64,000 nt of DNA from Methanobacteriota archaeon (lineage in GTDB: Archaea; JAADCQ01; Methanopyri; Methanopyrales; Methanopyraceae): the NCBI GenBank assembly GCA_027064425.1, contig JAMOPO010000057.1, positions 1 through 64,000 on the forward strand, given 5' to 3'. Below are positions 26,038-38,389 of this stretch, piece after piece. Position 1 is the first letter of the stretch. Each line of letters starts with the position of its first letter. The translations under genes were made by a program, and so were the position numbers. The notes under the pieces were generated by a model. That model was not told the DNA's origin. It did not search any database and worked only from the letters and a program-made list of their open reading frames with translations.

Positions 26038-27192
26038 GGGCTTTAAAATGTCTATTCGCCCCTCCTCAGCGGCCGCGGCGGCCTCTCTCATTAGCTTGCG
26101 GGCCAGGTGGGCGGAGGACTCCCGGGCCACCACCCGGTACCGCCTCCCGTTCACCTCGAGCTCGCCCCTCCGGACCCGGACCGCGGGGCAGAACTCCGCG
26201 CAGTACCCGCAGTGGAAGCAGTCCCCGGACCGCACGTCCGAGTACGGGTAGGGGCAGCGCTCCTCCAGGGCGCAGGTGTCGCAGTTCTCGCACCGCGAGG
26301 GATCCCACTCGACCCGCTCCTGCACCCAGACGTCCGAGTACCGGGCCGAGCCGACGCGGCTGCGATCGGAGAGCCGTGCCACCGGCAGCTCCGCGTCCTC
26401 GTGCCGGCGGTCCAGCCACTCGAGCGTCTCCTCCGTGACCGCGATCGCGGAGGCCACGCCCGCGATGTTCTCCGGCCCGGCCGCCGTCCGGTACTCGCCC
26501 ATGTACTTGGGGTCGCACTCGCGGAGGTCCGCGTGGAGGGTCAGGTTCGGGTGGTCGGGGCTGCTCCGGGTCCCGGTTCCGGTGATCACGGCGGGCGCGC
26601 CGCAGAAGAGCACGCGCCGGCCCGGTTGGTGCAGCTCGAGGTTGGGATCGTGCTCCAACGGGTTGTAGCCGCCGCACCCGCTGAAGGAGGCCTCTCCGGG
26701 CCGGAGGGGGCGCGGGGCGAAGATCGTCCGCTCGGGCTCGGAGCCATCGTTGACGAACGCCGTGTAGTTGCGGAAGCAGGTGCGGGTGGAGGCCAGGAGC
26801 GCGCGGTCGAAGTCCTCGGGCCCGACGGTGGCCTCGTGCTCGGTCCCGTCGTCCGCCACGGCCACCACGTGGATCTCCTCGCCCGCCGCGATCCGGCGGA
26901 GCAGCTCGGCCCCGGAGATCCTACCCTTCAGGGTCGCGGGGACCAGGCACTCGACCAGGCCCAGGCGCTCGTTCGGGCAGGGCCCGACCGGGACCCGGAT
27001 CCCCTCAAGCTCGACCTCCCTGAACCGGTGCACCTCGCCCGGGTCGGCCACGCGGAAGGAGAGGATCCCGTAAACGCCGCTCATCAGGCCGACCGTGGCG
27101 CAGGTGACGGCGTCGACGCCGCGGCGCTCGCCCTCGGTCATGTCCCAGAACTCGTCGATGGGGACGACGGTGGGCACGACCGGCCCCCTCAC
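26029..27192 (-). CDS. Methanogenesis marker 16 metalloprotein (DUF39-like plus ferredoxin-like Cys)
   Basis: DAVTCAT.GLMSG, GPCPNERLG, FRNY.AFVN, SFSGCG.YNPLEHDP, GTRSS, C-terminal CxxCxxC..CP, CxxCGxC. Confidence 0.85.
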   Translation of the reverse strand: MRGPVVPTVVPIDEFWDMTEGERRGVDAVTCATVGLMSGVYGILSFRVADPGEVHRFREVELEGIRVPVGPCPNERLGLVECLVPATLKGRISGAELLRRIAAGEEIHVVAVADDGTEHEATVGPEDFDRALLASTRTCFRNYTAFVNDGSEPERTIFAPRPLRPGEASFSGCGGYNPLEHDPNLELHQPGRRVLFCGAPAVITGTGTRSSPDHPNLTLHADLRECDPKYMGEYRTAAGPENIAGVASAIAVTEETLEWLDRRHEDAELPVARLSDRSRVGSARYSDVWVQERVEWDPSRCENCDTCALEERCPYPYSDVRSGDCFHCGYCAEFCPAVRVRRGELEVNGRRYRVVARESSAHLARKLMREAAAAAEEGRIDILKPGR

Positions 27193-27508
27193 TTGAGCCA
27201 GTGCGCGCGCTCGGCCACGACGTACCCGTCCTCGGACTTGGGCGCGTTCTTGAGCATCTTCTCCTTGTGCTCGGGGTCGCGCTCCGGCTCGTCCTCCTCG
27301 CGGAGCTCGCGCGGCTCGTCGACGATCGACCAGGTCTCCAGGTCCACGTCCACCTCCTTCAGCTTCTCCGCGAACTCGTCCAGGAGGAGCAGGGTCTCCT
27401 CCAGGACCTCCAGCACGTCGAGGTCGTCCCGCTCGGAGGCCATCGACAGGTACGTATCGAGCTCAATCAGCTCGCGCAGCTCCTTGCGGTCCAAGCCTGG
27501 GACCCCCA

Positions 27509-27512
<4 letters not shown>
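27189..27512 (-). CDS. gatC: Asp/Glu-tRNA amidotransferase subunit C
   Basis: LREDEP..EKMLKNAPKSEDGYVVAERAHW. Confidence 0.8.
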
Positions 27513-29906
<2,394 letters not shown>

Positions 29907-29922
29907 CCCGGGGTGGTGAGCG

Positions 29923-30867
29923 GTGTTCGATCCGAAGGAGTTTGTGGAGGAGGCCGTGGAGAAGCTGCGGGAGGAGATCGGGGACCGGAAGGCCATCATC
30001 GCGGTCTCCGGGGGCGTGGACAGCACCACGGCCGCGGTGCTGGCCCACAAGGCGGTCGGCGAGAACCTGGTGTGCGTGTTCGTGGACCACGGGTTCATGA
30101 GGAAGGGGGAGCCGGAGCGGGTTCGGAAGGTGCTCGAGGAGGAGCTGGGGCTGAACCTCCGGTTCGTGGAGGCGGCGGACGAGTTCTTCGAGGCGCTGCG
30201 CGGGGTCACGGACCCGGAGGAGAAGCGGAAGATCATCGGCGAGAAGTTCATCGAGGTGTTCGAGCGGGTGGCGCGGGAGGAGGGAGCGGAGGTCCTGGTG
30301 CAGGGGACCATCGCTCCGGACGTGATCGAGTCGGAGCGGGGGATCAAGTCCCACCACAACGTGGGTGGGCTGCCCGAGCGGCTGGAGCTGGACGTGGTGG
30401 AGCCGCTGCGGGATCTGTACAAGGACGAGGTGCGGGAGGTCGCCCGGTACCTGGGCATTCCGAAGGAGATCGTGGAGCGGATGCCCTTCCCGGGCCCGGG
30501 CCTGGCGGTGCGGGTGCTGGGCGAGGTCACGCCGGAGAAGGTGGAGATCGTGCGGGAGGCGAACGCGATCGTGGAGGAGGAGGTGGAGAAGGCCGTCGAG
30601 CGGGGCGAGATGGAACGGCCCTGGCAGGCGTTCGCCGCGCTCCTGGACTGCAAGGCGACGGGCGTGAAGGGCGACGAGCGGGACTACGGCTGGGTGATCG
30701 CCGTCCGGATCGTCGAGTCGGTCGACGCGATGATCGCGGACGTGCCGAAGGTTCCTTGGAAGGTGCTTCGAAGGATCCAAGACCGGATCACGAGCGAGGT
30801 GCCCGAGGTGACGCGGGTGCTGTTCGACGTCACGCCCAAGCCGCCCGCGACGATCGAGTTCGAGTAG
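29923..30867 (+). CDS. guaAB: GMP synthase subunit B
   Basis: [58 protein letters not shown]. Confidence 0.96.
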   Translation: MFDPKEFVEEAVEKLREEIGDRKAIIAVSGGVDSTTAAVLAHKAVGENLVCVFVDHGFMRKGEPERVRKVLEEELGLNLRFVEAADEFFEALRGVTDPEEKRKIIGEKFIEVFERVAREEGAEVLVQGTIAPDVIESERGIKSHHNVGGLPERLELDVVEPLRDLYKDEVREVARYLGIPKEIVERMPFPGPGLAVRVLGEVTPEKVEIVREANAIVEEEVEKAVERGEMERPWQAFAALLDCKATGVKGDERDYGWVIAVRIVESVDAMIADVPKVPWKVLRRIQDRITSEVPEVTRVLFDVTPKPPATIEFE

Positions 30868-30881
30868 GGGGGAGGCGCCGC

Positions 30882-31607
30882 TTGTCCTTCGTCGTGATCC
30901 CCTCCGTCGACGTGGTGGAGGGTAAGTGCGTCCAGCTGGAGGGTGGCGACCCGAGCAAGGTCAAGTTCGAGTCGGACGACCCCGTGGAGACCGCGCGCCA
31001 GTGGGCCGAGTTCTTCCCCTGGATCCACGTGGTCGACGTCGACGCGGCCCGCGGCGAGGGGGACAACTCGGAGGTCATCGGGAAGATCTGCGAGGAGGTC
31101 GACGCCAAGGTGCAGGTGGGGGGCGGGATCCGGTCCGCCGAGCGCGCCGAGGAGCTCATCGAGCTGGGGGCCGACCGGCTGATCCTGGGCACCGTGGCGT
31201 TCGCCGACGAGGAGGAGTTCTCGAAGATCGTGGACGTGTGCCGCGATCACGGTGCCGAGGTGTTCGTGGCGTTGGACGTCAACGAGGACCACGAGGTGCT
31301 CGTCAAGGGGTGGAAGGAGGACACCGGGATCGCCCTGGAGGACGCGATGGAGCGGTTCAGCGACTCGGTGGACGGCTTCCTGACCACGGCCGTGCACAGG
31401 GAGGGGAAGGAGCGCGGGATCGACGAGGAGCTGGTTCGAAAGGCGGCCGGGGCCACGGACCTGCCGGTACTCTACGCGGGCGGGGTCTCCACGATCAGCG
31501 ACGTGGAGACGGCCAAGGAGGCGGGAGCGCACGGCGTGGTGATCGGCCTGGCCCTCTACCGCGGCGACATCGACCCGCTGGCGCTGCTGGACATCATGGA
31601 GGAGTGA
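30882..31607 (+). CDS. hisA: ProFAR isomerase
   Basis: TTG 30882; IPSVDVVEGKCVQL, HVVDVDAA, QVGGGIRS, YAGGVS, IGLALY. Confidence 0.93.
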   Translation: MSFVVIPSVDVVEGKCVQLEGGDPSKVKFESDDPVETARQWAEFFPWIHVVDVDAARGEGDNSEVIGKICEEVDAKVQVGGGIRSAERAEELIELGADRLILGTVAFADEEEFSKIVDVCRDHGAEVFVALDVNEDHEVLVKGWKEDTGIALEDAMERFSDSVDGFLTTAVHREGKERGIDEELVRKAAGATDLPVLYAGGVSTISDVETAKEAGAHGVVIGLALYRGDIDPLALLDIMEE

Positions 31608-32462
31608 TCACGGGATCATCCGCTCGATGGGCAGGACGATGATCCCCTCCGCTCCGAGCTCCTTCGCCCTCAGGATGACGTTCGACACCTCCTCCTCGTC
31701 CACCACCGCGTACAGCTCCACCATGTCCTCCCGGCTCAGGATCTTGGAGACCGTGGGCCCGGTCACACCCGGCAGCAGCTCCCGGAACTCGTCCAGCCGG
31801 TCCCTCGGCACGTTCATCATGATCAGTTTCTTGCCCTCCGCGTTGAGCACGCCCTCCAGCGAGAGCTTGATCCGCTGCACCGTCTCGCTCTCCACCGCGT
31901 CCGGGTGAGCGATGAGCCGGGCGGACGTCTCCAGGATCTCGTCCACCACGCGCAGCCGGTTCACGCGCAGCGTCGTACCCGTGCTGCTGAGGTCGACGAC
32001 CGCGTCCGCGACGCCGATCCGAGGCATGACCTCCGTGGCGCCCGTCACCTCGACCACCTCGACCTCCACGCCCACCTCCTCCTCGAAGTAGCGGCGCGTG
32101 ATGTTGGGGAACTCGGTGGCGACGGTGCCCCCCTCCAGGTCCTCCGGCTCCTCCACGTCGGACTCCTCCGGGACCGCCAGCACCATCCTGGCGCGGCCGA
32201 ACCGCAGGTCCAGCAGCTCCTCGACCTCGGCCCCGGACTCCACGACCAGGTCGTGCCCGGTGATCCCCAGCTCCGCCGCACCCTCCTCCACCAACCGCGG
32301 GATGTCGGCCGCCCGGACGAACATGACCTCGACCTCGGGGTCGCTCGTGCCGGCCTTCAGCCGCCGGCCGATCGGCTCCTCGACCTTTATCCCCGCCCGC
32401 TCCAGGAGGTTCAGCGCCGGCTCGTGCAGGCGACCCTTATTCGGCACCGCCACGGTTATCAT
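31608..32462 (-). CDS. hisG: ATP phosphoribosyltransferase
   Basis: MITVAVPNKGRL, VRAADIP, GITGHD, VATEFP, DLSSTGTTLR.N.L, GAEGI. Confidence 0.96.
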   Translation of the reverse strand: MITVAVPNKGRLHEPALNLLERAGIKVEEPIGRRLKAGTSDPEVEVMFVRAADIPRLVEEGAAELGITGHDLVVESGAEVEELLDLRFGRARMVLAVPEESDVEEPEDLEGGTVATEFPNITRRYFEEEVGVEVEVVEVTGATEVMPRIGVADAVVDLSSTGTTLRVNRLRVVDEILETSARLIAHPDAVESETVQRIKLSLEGVLNAEGKKLIMMNVPRDRLDEFRELLPGVTGPTVSKILSREDMVELYAVVDEEEVSNVILRAKELGAEGIIVLPIERMIP

Positions 32463-32523
32463 CCGACCGGCCCTGGCGGAGCCGCGGCGGTCGCTACTAT
32501 TAACGTAGCCGGGGCGGGCGCGC

Positions 32524-33825
32524 ATGCGGACGGCCGTTCTCGGCGGGGTCCTCGTCACCCCGGACGAGGTCATCGAGGACGCGGGGCTGCTGATCGAGGA
32601 CGGGAAGATCGCGTTCGTGGGCACGCGGGAGGAGCTAGAGGAGTCCGAGGACTGGGAGGACGAGCTCACCCTCGACGAGCACGACGTGATCCTGCCGGGC
32701 CTGATCAACACGCACACGCACGGTCCGATGACCATCTTCCGCGGCGTCGCCGACGACCTGCCGCTCATGCAGTGGCTGGAGGAGGAGATCTGGCCGCTGG
32801 AGGAGCGGCTGGACGCCGAGAAGTGCCGATGGGGCGCCGCCCTGGCCGCCGTGGAGGCGCTGAAGTCGGGCACCACCTGCCTCGTGGACATGTACTTCTA
32901 CATGGACGCGGTCGCGGAGGCGTACGCCGAGGCCGGCATCCGGGCCGTCATTTCCCACGGCATGATCGACCTGGGCGACGAGGACAAGCGCGAGGAGGAG
33001 CTCAAGGAGACGCGCCGAATCTACCGCAAGTGCCACGGGCTGGAGGACCTGATCGAGGTCTCGCTGGGCCCGCACGCACCCTACACCTGCTCCGAGGAGC
33101 TCCTGCGCGAGGTCCGACGGCTCGCGGACGAGTGGGGCGTGAAGATCCAGATCCACGTCGCGGAGACGCGGGACGAGGTCAAGCAGGTGAAGGAGGAGAC
33201 GGGGCGCCGGCCCGTCGAGTACCTCGACGAGATCGGGCTCCTGGGTGACGACGTCATCGCCGCCCACTGCGTCTGGCTCACGGACGAGGAGATCGACACC
33301 CTCGCCCGCCGCGAGGTTATCGTCTCCCACAACCCGGCCAGCAACATGAAGCTGGCCTCGGGCGTCAGCCCCGTCCCGGACATGCTCGACAGGGGCGTCA
33401 CCGTCACGATCGGCACCGACGGGTGCGCCAGCAACAACAACCTGGACATGCTGGAGGAGATGAAGCTGGCCGCCCTGCTGCACAAGGTCGACCGCGAGGA
33501 CCCGACCGCGACCAAGGCCCTGAAGATCCTGAAGATGGCCACGAGCTGGGCGGAGGGCGTGTACTCACTGGCGAAAATCGGCAGGATCGAGGAGGGCTAC
33601 GCCGCCGACCTCGTCATCCTGGACGGGAGCTCGCCGAGAATGAGCCCGTGCCACAGCCCGGTGTCGAACATCGTGTACTCGGCGACCGGGGCCGACGTGA
33701 AGCACGTGTTCGTGGGCGGGGAACAGGTGGTCGAGAACGGGCGCGTGACGACCGTGGACGAGGAGGAGGTGCTGGAGCGCGCCAGGGAGTGCGCCGAGCA
33801 GCTCACCGCCAGTAATCGTACCTGA
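32524..33825 (+). CDS. dadD: 5'-deoxyadenosine/methylthioadenosine deaminase (amidohydrolase)
   Basis: PGLINTHTH, GPHAPYTC, IHVAET, AAHCV, HNPASNMKLASG, GTDGCASNNNLD. Confidence 0.88.
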   Translation: MRTAVLGGVLVTPDEVIEDAGLLIEDGKIAFVGTREELEESEDWEDELTLDEHDVILPGLINTHTHGPMTIFRGVADDLPLMQWLEEEIWPLEERLDAEKCRWGAALAAVEALKSGTTCLVDMYFYMDAVAEAYAEAGIRAVISHGMIDLGDEDKREEELKETRRIYRKCHGLEDLIEVSLGPHAPYTCSEELLREVRRLADEWGVKIQIHVAETRDEVKQVKEETGRRPVEYLDEIGLLGDDVIAAHCVWLTDEEIDTLARREVIVSHNPASNMKLASGVSPVPDMLDRGVTVTIGTDGCASNNNLDMLEEMKLAALLHKVDREDPTATKALKILKMATSWAEGVYSLAKIGRIEEGYAADLVILDGSSPRMSPCHSPVSNIVYSATGADVKHVFVGGEQVVENGRVTTVDEEEVLERARECAEQLTASNRT

Positions 33826-34549
33826 ACCCCAGGTACACCCCTGCACCCACGGCGGCCACGGACACGAGGCCCAGCAGGATCCACCCGGTCACGTCCGAGC
33901 GAGCCCCAGCGGCCCGCTTCAGCCCCCGCGCCAGCCGCTCCATGACCTCCTTCACCTTCTTCCCCGCCTTCTCGAAGACCGACTTCACGCCCGACGCGAT
34001 CTTACTCACGGCGTGACCGATCGCCTTACCGACGGCCCTGACGGCCTCACTCACGCCCTTACCGACGCCACCTGATCCACCGCCCTTGCCTCCGCCACCG
34101 CCACCGAACAGGCGGCTCAGGACTCCACCTCCTCCTCCGGAGGATGCGCCTCCCTTACCGCCTCCTCCTCCGCCGCCACCTCCACCGCCGGCGGACGGGT
34201 GCCCGCCGGCTCCGCCACCGCCGCCCTTGCCACCACCGCCTTTCTTCCCGCCACCACCTCCCTTACCGCCTCCTCCCGAGGGCTTGCTGGGCTTGCCGTG
34301 CGCGGCGCCCCCTCCCCCGTGACCTCCCCCGCCCCGGCCCGCGGACTTGGGCGACTTCCCCTTAGGGGCCGGGGCGGGGTGTGAGGCGGGAGGGGGCGCC
34401 GCGTGGCTTCCTCCACCACCCTTTCCTCCGCCTCCGGACGACCCCGACACCGAGGGTGCCGGGGGCGGTGGCGGCAGGACCTGAGCCTCGGCCGGGATCA
34501 GCGCCGCGAGGAGGATCGCGACGATCGCCGCAGCAGCGGCACCGCGCAA
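33803..34549 (-). CDS. Gly/Lys/Pro-rich surface protein with signal peptide and C-terminal TM anchor
   Basis: TTG 34549; signal ending AEA; PPPPP; GGGGK repeats; WILLGLVSVAAVGAGVYLGF. Confidence 0.75.
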   Translation of the reverse strand: MRGAAAAAIVAILLAALIPAEAQVLPPPPPAPSVSGSSGGGGKGGGGSHAAPPPASHPAPAPKGKSPKSAGRGGGGHGGGGAAHGKPSKPSGGGGKGGGGGKKGGGGKGGGGGAGGHPSAGGGGGGGGGGGKGGASSGGGGGVLSRLFGGGGGGKGGGSGGVGKGVSEAVRAVGKAIGHAVSKIASGVKSVFEKAGKKVKEVMERLARGLKRAAGARSDVTGWILLGLVSVAAVGAGVYLGFRYDYWR

Positions 34550-35856
34550 GCTATCAGCCCCGCCAGTGGTGATAGCGCAGTCTTTACGGCTTTTCCGACC
34601 AGGAGGAGGCCGAGCCCGACCCCGAGCGCCATCGACACCAGGTTCCACGGCTCGGGCAGCTCAGGGAGCCACCCACCGAGCCACCCGCCCGACTGCCGCT
34701 GCGCCTCGCCCGCGGTGACGTCGGAGATGCGGACCGGGATCTTCCGGTACCCTTCCAGGTACTCGGTGTACAGCCGCTTGACCTCCTCGTACTCCGGGAG
34801 CAGCTCCTCGCGGACCAGCCTGGCCGCCCTCCTCGTCTGACCGCCCTCCAGCAGTGCCGCGACCCGCTCGCACTCGCCGGACATCTCCCGGAGCAGCGAG
34901 GAGATCCGGCTCGCCAGCCCGGCCAGGTGGCGCAGCAGGTCCGCGTAGTCGGGGTGCCTCCCGGCCGACTCCTCCAGGTACCGCGCCGTCCGGCTCCAGA
35001 CCTCGGCCGCCATCGCGTACCAGTGGGCGAGCTTCCGGTAGCCCTCCGGCGTGGGCGGCACGCGGCCTCCCTCGAGCGCGTACATGTACAGCGCCTCGAG
35101 CAGGGCCTTGTCGAGCTCCGTGCGGTAATTGTCGTAGTTCGGCGGCATCTCCTGGCCGACGAAGTAGTACCCGTTCTCGAAGGTGACCGCCGGGATGCCG
35201 GCTCTGGCCACGGGCGCGGTGACCCACGGTGGTGACGTGCCCGTCTGCCGCGGGTCCACGCGGGCGCCGATCACGCCCGCCAGGGCCTCACAGATCTCCA
35301 GAGCCTTGCGGTACGAGGTGGGGTTGTCGTTCCCGTGGACGGGGCCGGCCGGGATCAGGATGAACTCTGAGACGCCCCACCAGGGCCGGTGCGCGTGCAC
35401 GTCGATGAACAGCTCCGGCCGCCCGGTGATCCCGACGCCCACCTTGCGGCCGAGCTCCTCGGGGTTCAGCACGTAGTGGAGCACGTGGTGGTAGAACGTC
35501 AGCTGGCCCAGGTCGCGGGAGACCTGGTAATCTCGCCGCCGGTCGCCGGTCGTGTAGTACTCCTTCGGTATCCTGATCCATGAGACGACGAGCGTGCCCT
35601 TGAACTCGCCGGAGTACCTCACGAACCACTGCACGGCGTTGAACATGCACTGGTGGGCCTGGTGCTCGAGCGGGTGGACGCCCAGGGAGATCCAGACGAA
35701 GTGCCCGCTCCCGTTCTTCCACACGTAGTACTCGACGGGGACGCGGTAGGTCACGCCGTTCAGCGTGACCTGGTAGACCTCCTTAAGGTGCCCGTACTCC
35801 AGCGCGGTTGCTCCCGCTGGAATCAGGGTGATCGCGAGGAGGAGCGTGGGTAGCAT
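34498..35856 (-). CDS. Secreted M14-like zinc carboxypeptidase domain protein with C-terminal membrane anchor
   Basis: ATG 35856; signal peptide; GVHPLE (HxxE), FIDVHAH, GIPAVTFE; C-terminal TM helices. Confidence 0.72.
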   Translation of the reverse strand: MLPTLLLAITLIPAGATALEYGHLKEVYQVTLNGVTYRVPVEYYVWKNGSGHFVWISLGVHPLEHQAHQCMFNAVQWFVRYSGEFKGTLVVSWIRIPKEYYTTGDRRRDYQVSRDLGQLTFYHHVLHYVLNPEELGRKVGVGITGRPELFIDVHAHRPWWGVSEFILIPAGPVHGNDNPTSYRKALEICEALAGVIGARVDPRQTGTSPPWVTAPVARAGIPAVTFENGYYFVGQEMPPNYDNYRTELDKALLEALYMYALEGGRVPPTPEGYRKLAHWYAMAAEVWSRTARYLEESAGRHPDYADLLRHLAGLASRISSLLREMSGECERVAALLEGGQTRRAARLVREELLPEYEEVKRLYTEYLEGYRKIPVRISDVTAGEAQRQSGGWLGGWLPELPEPWNLVSMALGVGLGLLLVGKAVKTALSPLAGLIACAVPLLRRSSRSSSRR

Positions 35857-35889
35857 CCGCGGTCCCCCGGGCGCGGTGAGGGAGGAAAG

Positions 35890-36030
35890 TAATGTACCCG
35901 GCGGCCAGGTCGCCCGGTCACGGAACGGCGTCACGGCCTACTCCCGGGCGTGACGGGTGGCTGTACCGGGAGCGTGACAGCGGGGTTCATCGCGCGGTGA
36001 ACACCGCCTCACCCCGCCGGGGGCCCCGAC
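35890..36030 (-). ncRNA. Two-hairpin box H/ACA guide RNA candidate
   Basis: Two K-turn hairpins each ending in ACA (35962-64, 35893-95) 14-15 nt below the upper stem; TTATAGAA TATA at 36047-54. Confidence 0.8.
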
Positions 36031-36074
36031 CGGCCGGAGCCTCGCCTTCTATAACTTCTCGGGGGTGCACGTGC

Positions 36075-37349
36075 GTGGTCGTGGTGAAGGAGGGTGAGTA
36101 CGCGATCCGGGACCCCTCCCTGGCGCCCAAGGGTCGGGACATGATCGAGTGGGCCCGCGACCACATGCCCGTGCTGCAGCTCATCCGGGAGCGGTTTGAG
36201 GAGGAGCGGCCGCTGGAGGGCGTCACGATCGGGATGACCCTGCACCTGGAGGCGAAGACGGCGGTCCTCGTGGAGACGCTGATGGCGGGCGGCGCGGAGG
36301 TGGCGATCACGGGCTGCAACCCGCTGTCGACGAAGGACGAGGTGGCGGCGGCGCTGGTGGAGGAAGGCGTGCACGTGTACGCGTGGCGCGGTGAGACTCG
36401 GGAGGAGTACTACGAGAACATCGACCGGGTGCTGAGCCACGAGCCGGACATCGTCGTGGACGATGGGGCGGACTGCATCACGCGGTTGCACCTGAAGTTC
36501 CCGGAGCTGGCCGAGGAGGTCATCGGCGGGACGGAGGAGACGACGACCGGCGTGCAGCGGCTCCGGGCCATGCACCGGGACGGGGAGCTGAAGTTCCCGG
36601 TGATCGCGGTGAACGACGCGAAGACGAAGTACCTCATGGACAACCGGTACGGGACGGGCCAGAGCGCGCTGGACGGGCTGATGCGGGCGACGAACGTGCT
36701 GATCGCCGGGAAGACCGTGGTCGTGGCGGGCTACGGCTGGTGCGGTCGGGGCATCGCGCGGCGGGCGCGGGGCCTGGGCGCGGACGTGATCGTGGTGGAG
36801 GTGGACCCGATCAAGGCGATGGAGGCCGTGTTCGACGGGTTCCGGGTCATGCCGATGGACAAGGCGGCGGAGGAGGGTGACATCTTCATCACGGCGACCG
36901 GCAACCGGGACGTGATCCGCGGCGAGCACATCGAGAAGATGAAGGACGGGGCCATCCTCGCCAACGCCGGCCACTTCGACGTGGAGATTGACAAGGAGTA
37001 CCTGGAGGAGAACTGCGAGGAGAAGATCGAGCGGCGCGGGGGCCTGGTCACGGAGTACCGCATGCCGGACGGGCGTCGGATCTACCTCGTCGCGGAGGGC
37101 CGGCTCGTGAACCTCGCGGCGGGCGAGGGGCACCCCATCGAGATCATGGACATCAGCTTCGCCCTGCAGGCGCTCTCGATCGAGCGGCTCGTGCAGGAGG
37201 GCGAGTCGATGGAGCCCGGCGTGTACGACGTCCCGTCCGAGATCGACCGGAAGGTCGCCGAGCTGAAGCTCGAGTCGATGGGCGTCGAGCTCGAGGAGCT
37301 CACGCCGGAGCAAAAGGAGTACCTGAGGAGCTGGAAGGAGGGCACGTGA
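36075..37349 (+). CDS. ahcY: S-adenosylhomocysteine hydrolase
   Basis: GTG 36075; [62 protein letters not shown]. Confidence 0.97.
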   Translation: MVVVKEGEYAIRDPSLAPKGRDMIEWARDHMPVLQLIRERFEEERPLEGVTIGMTLHLEAKTAVLVETLMAGGAEVAITGCNPLSTKDEVAAALVEEGVHVYAWRGETREEYYENIDRVLSHEPDIVVDDGADCITRLHLKFPELAEEVIGGTEETTTGVQRLRAMHRDGELKFPVIAVNDAKTKYLMDNRYGTGQSALDGLMRATNVLIAGKTVVVAGYGWCGRGIARRARGLGADVIVVEVDPIKAMEAVFDGFRVMPMDKAAEEGDIFITATGNRDVIRGEHIEKMKDGAILANAGHFDVEIDKEYLEENCEEKIERRGGLVTEYRMPDGRRIYLVAEGRLVNLAAGEGHPIEIMDISFALQALSIERLVQEGESMEPGVYDVPSEIDRKVAELKLESMGVELEELTPEQKEYLRSWKEGT

Positions 37350-37356
37350 TCCGACC

Positions 37357-38334
37357 ATGCGCGTGTTCCTGCCCGAGCCGGACGAGCGGGCCCGCCGCCT
37401 CGCCGAGGAGTACGGCCTGCGCCCCTACATGGTCGCCCGGTACCTCGAGTTCCTGGGCCGCCGAGAGACGCGCGAGATGCTCGAAAGCATCGACGACATC
37501 CGCCCCGCCATTCGCACCAACACCCTCCTCGTTGAGCCCGAGGACCTGCGGCGCCTGCTCGAGGAGGAGCGCGGCTTCAAGCTCAAGCGCTGCCCCGAGC
37601 CCATCGACGAGGGCTTCTGGGTGGTCGAGGACCCGCCCATCTCCCTGGGCGCCACCCTCGAGTACATGCTCGGGTACTACATGCCCCAAGACGCGGCCTC
37701 GATGGTGCCACCCGTCGTCCTCAACCCGCAGCCCGGGGAGCGCGTGCTCGACGCGTGCGCGGCCCCCGGTGGCAAGACCACGCACCTCGCCCAGCTCATG
37801 CGTAACGAGGGCACGCTGATCGCCATCGACGTGGACCCCGACCGGGTCCGCAAGCTCAAGAGCAACCTGCACCGGTGCCACGTGGCGAACTGCCTCGCCC
37901 TCCGCATGAACGCCCTGGACCTCCCGCAGACCAACTGGGAGTTCGACCGCATCCTCCTCGACGTCCCCTGCACCAGCGAGGGGGCCATGCACAAGGACCC
38001 CAGCCGGAAGCGCAGCCGCGATCCCGAGGACATCGAGCACTGCGCCCGCCTTCAGCGCCGGCTCCTCCGCGCCGCCGTCGAGGTGCTCAAGCCGGGCGGC
38101 GTCCTCGTCTACTCCACCTGCACGTTCTCCCCGGAGGAGAACGAGCTCAACGTGCAGTACGCGGTCGAGGAGCTGGGCCTGGAGCCCGAGCCCGTGGACA
38201 TCGACTGGGTCGAGCCCGGGCTCAAGGTGCCAGGCGTGGACCGGGAGGTGCGGCGCGCCTGCGCCCGGCTCTACCCGCACCGGCACGGGATGGAGCTGTT
38301 CTTCGTCGCCAAACTCCGCAAACCCCTCGGCTAA
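37357..38334 (+). CDS. NOL1/NOP2/Fmu RNA m5C methyltransferase
   Basis: QDAASM, DACAAPGGKT, LLDVPCTSEG, VYSTCT..PEENE. Confidence 0.93.
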   Translation: MRVFLPEPDERARRLAEEYGLRPYMVARYLEFLGRRETREMLESIDDIRPAIRTNTLLVEPEDLRRLLEEERGFKLKRCPEPIDEGFWVVEDPPISLGATLEYMLGYYMPQDAASMVPPVVLNPQPGERVLDACAAPGGKTTHLAQLMRNEGTLIAIDVDPDRVRKLKSNLHRCHVANCLALRMNALDLPQTNWEFDRILLDVPCTSEGAMHKDPSRKRSRDPEDIEHCARLQRRLLRAAVEVLKPGGVLVYSTCTFSPEENELNVQYAVEELGLEPEPVDIDWVEPGLKVPGVDREVRRACARLYPHRHGMELFFVAKLRKPLG

Positions 38335-38384
38335 GGCCCCATCGATCATTACATGATCACCAAGGGATTCCCTCGTCATCGGGG
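38323..38384 (-). ncRNA. Box C/D guide sRNA candidate
   Basis: CCCC/CCGATGA-CGAGGGAATCCCTTG-GTGA-TCAT-GTAATGA-TCGATGGGGCCTTAG-CCGA-GGGG. Confidence 0.65.
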
Positions 38385-38389
38385 CCCCG

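Noticed and set aside
35947-35960. Plus-strand GGCGTGACGGGTGG, complementary to the 16S decoding-region sequence
   Set aside because: No proper C/D boxes on this strand; the minus-strand H/ACA fold and TATA explain the region better
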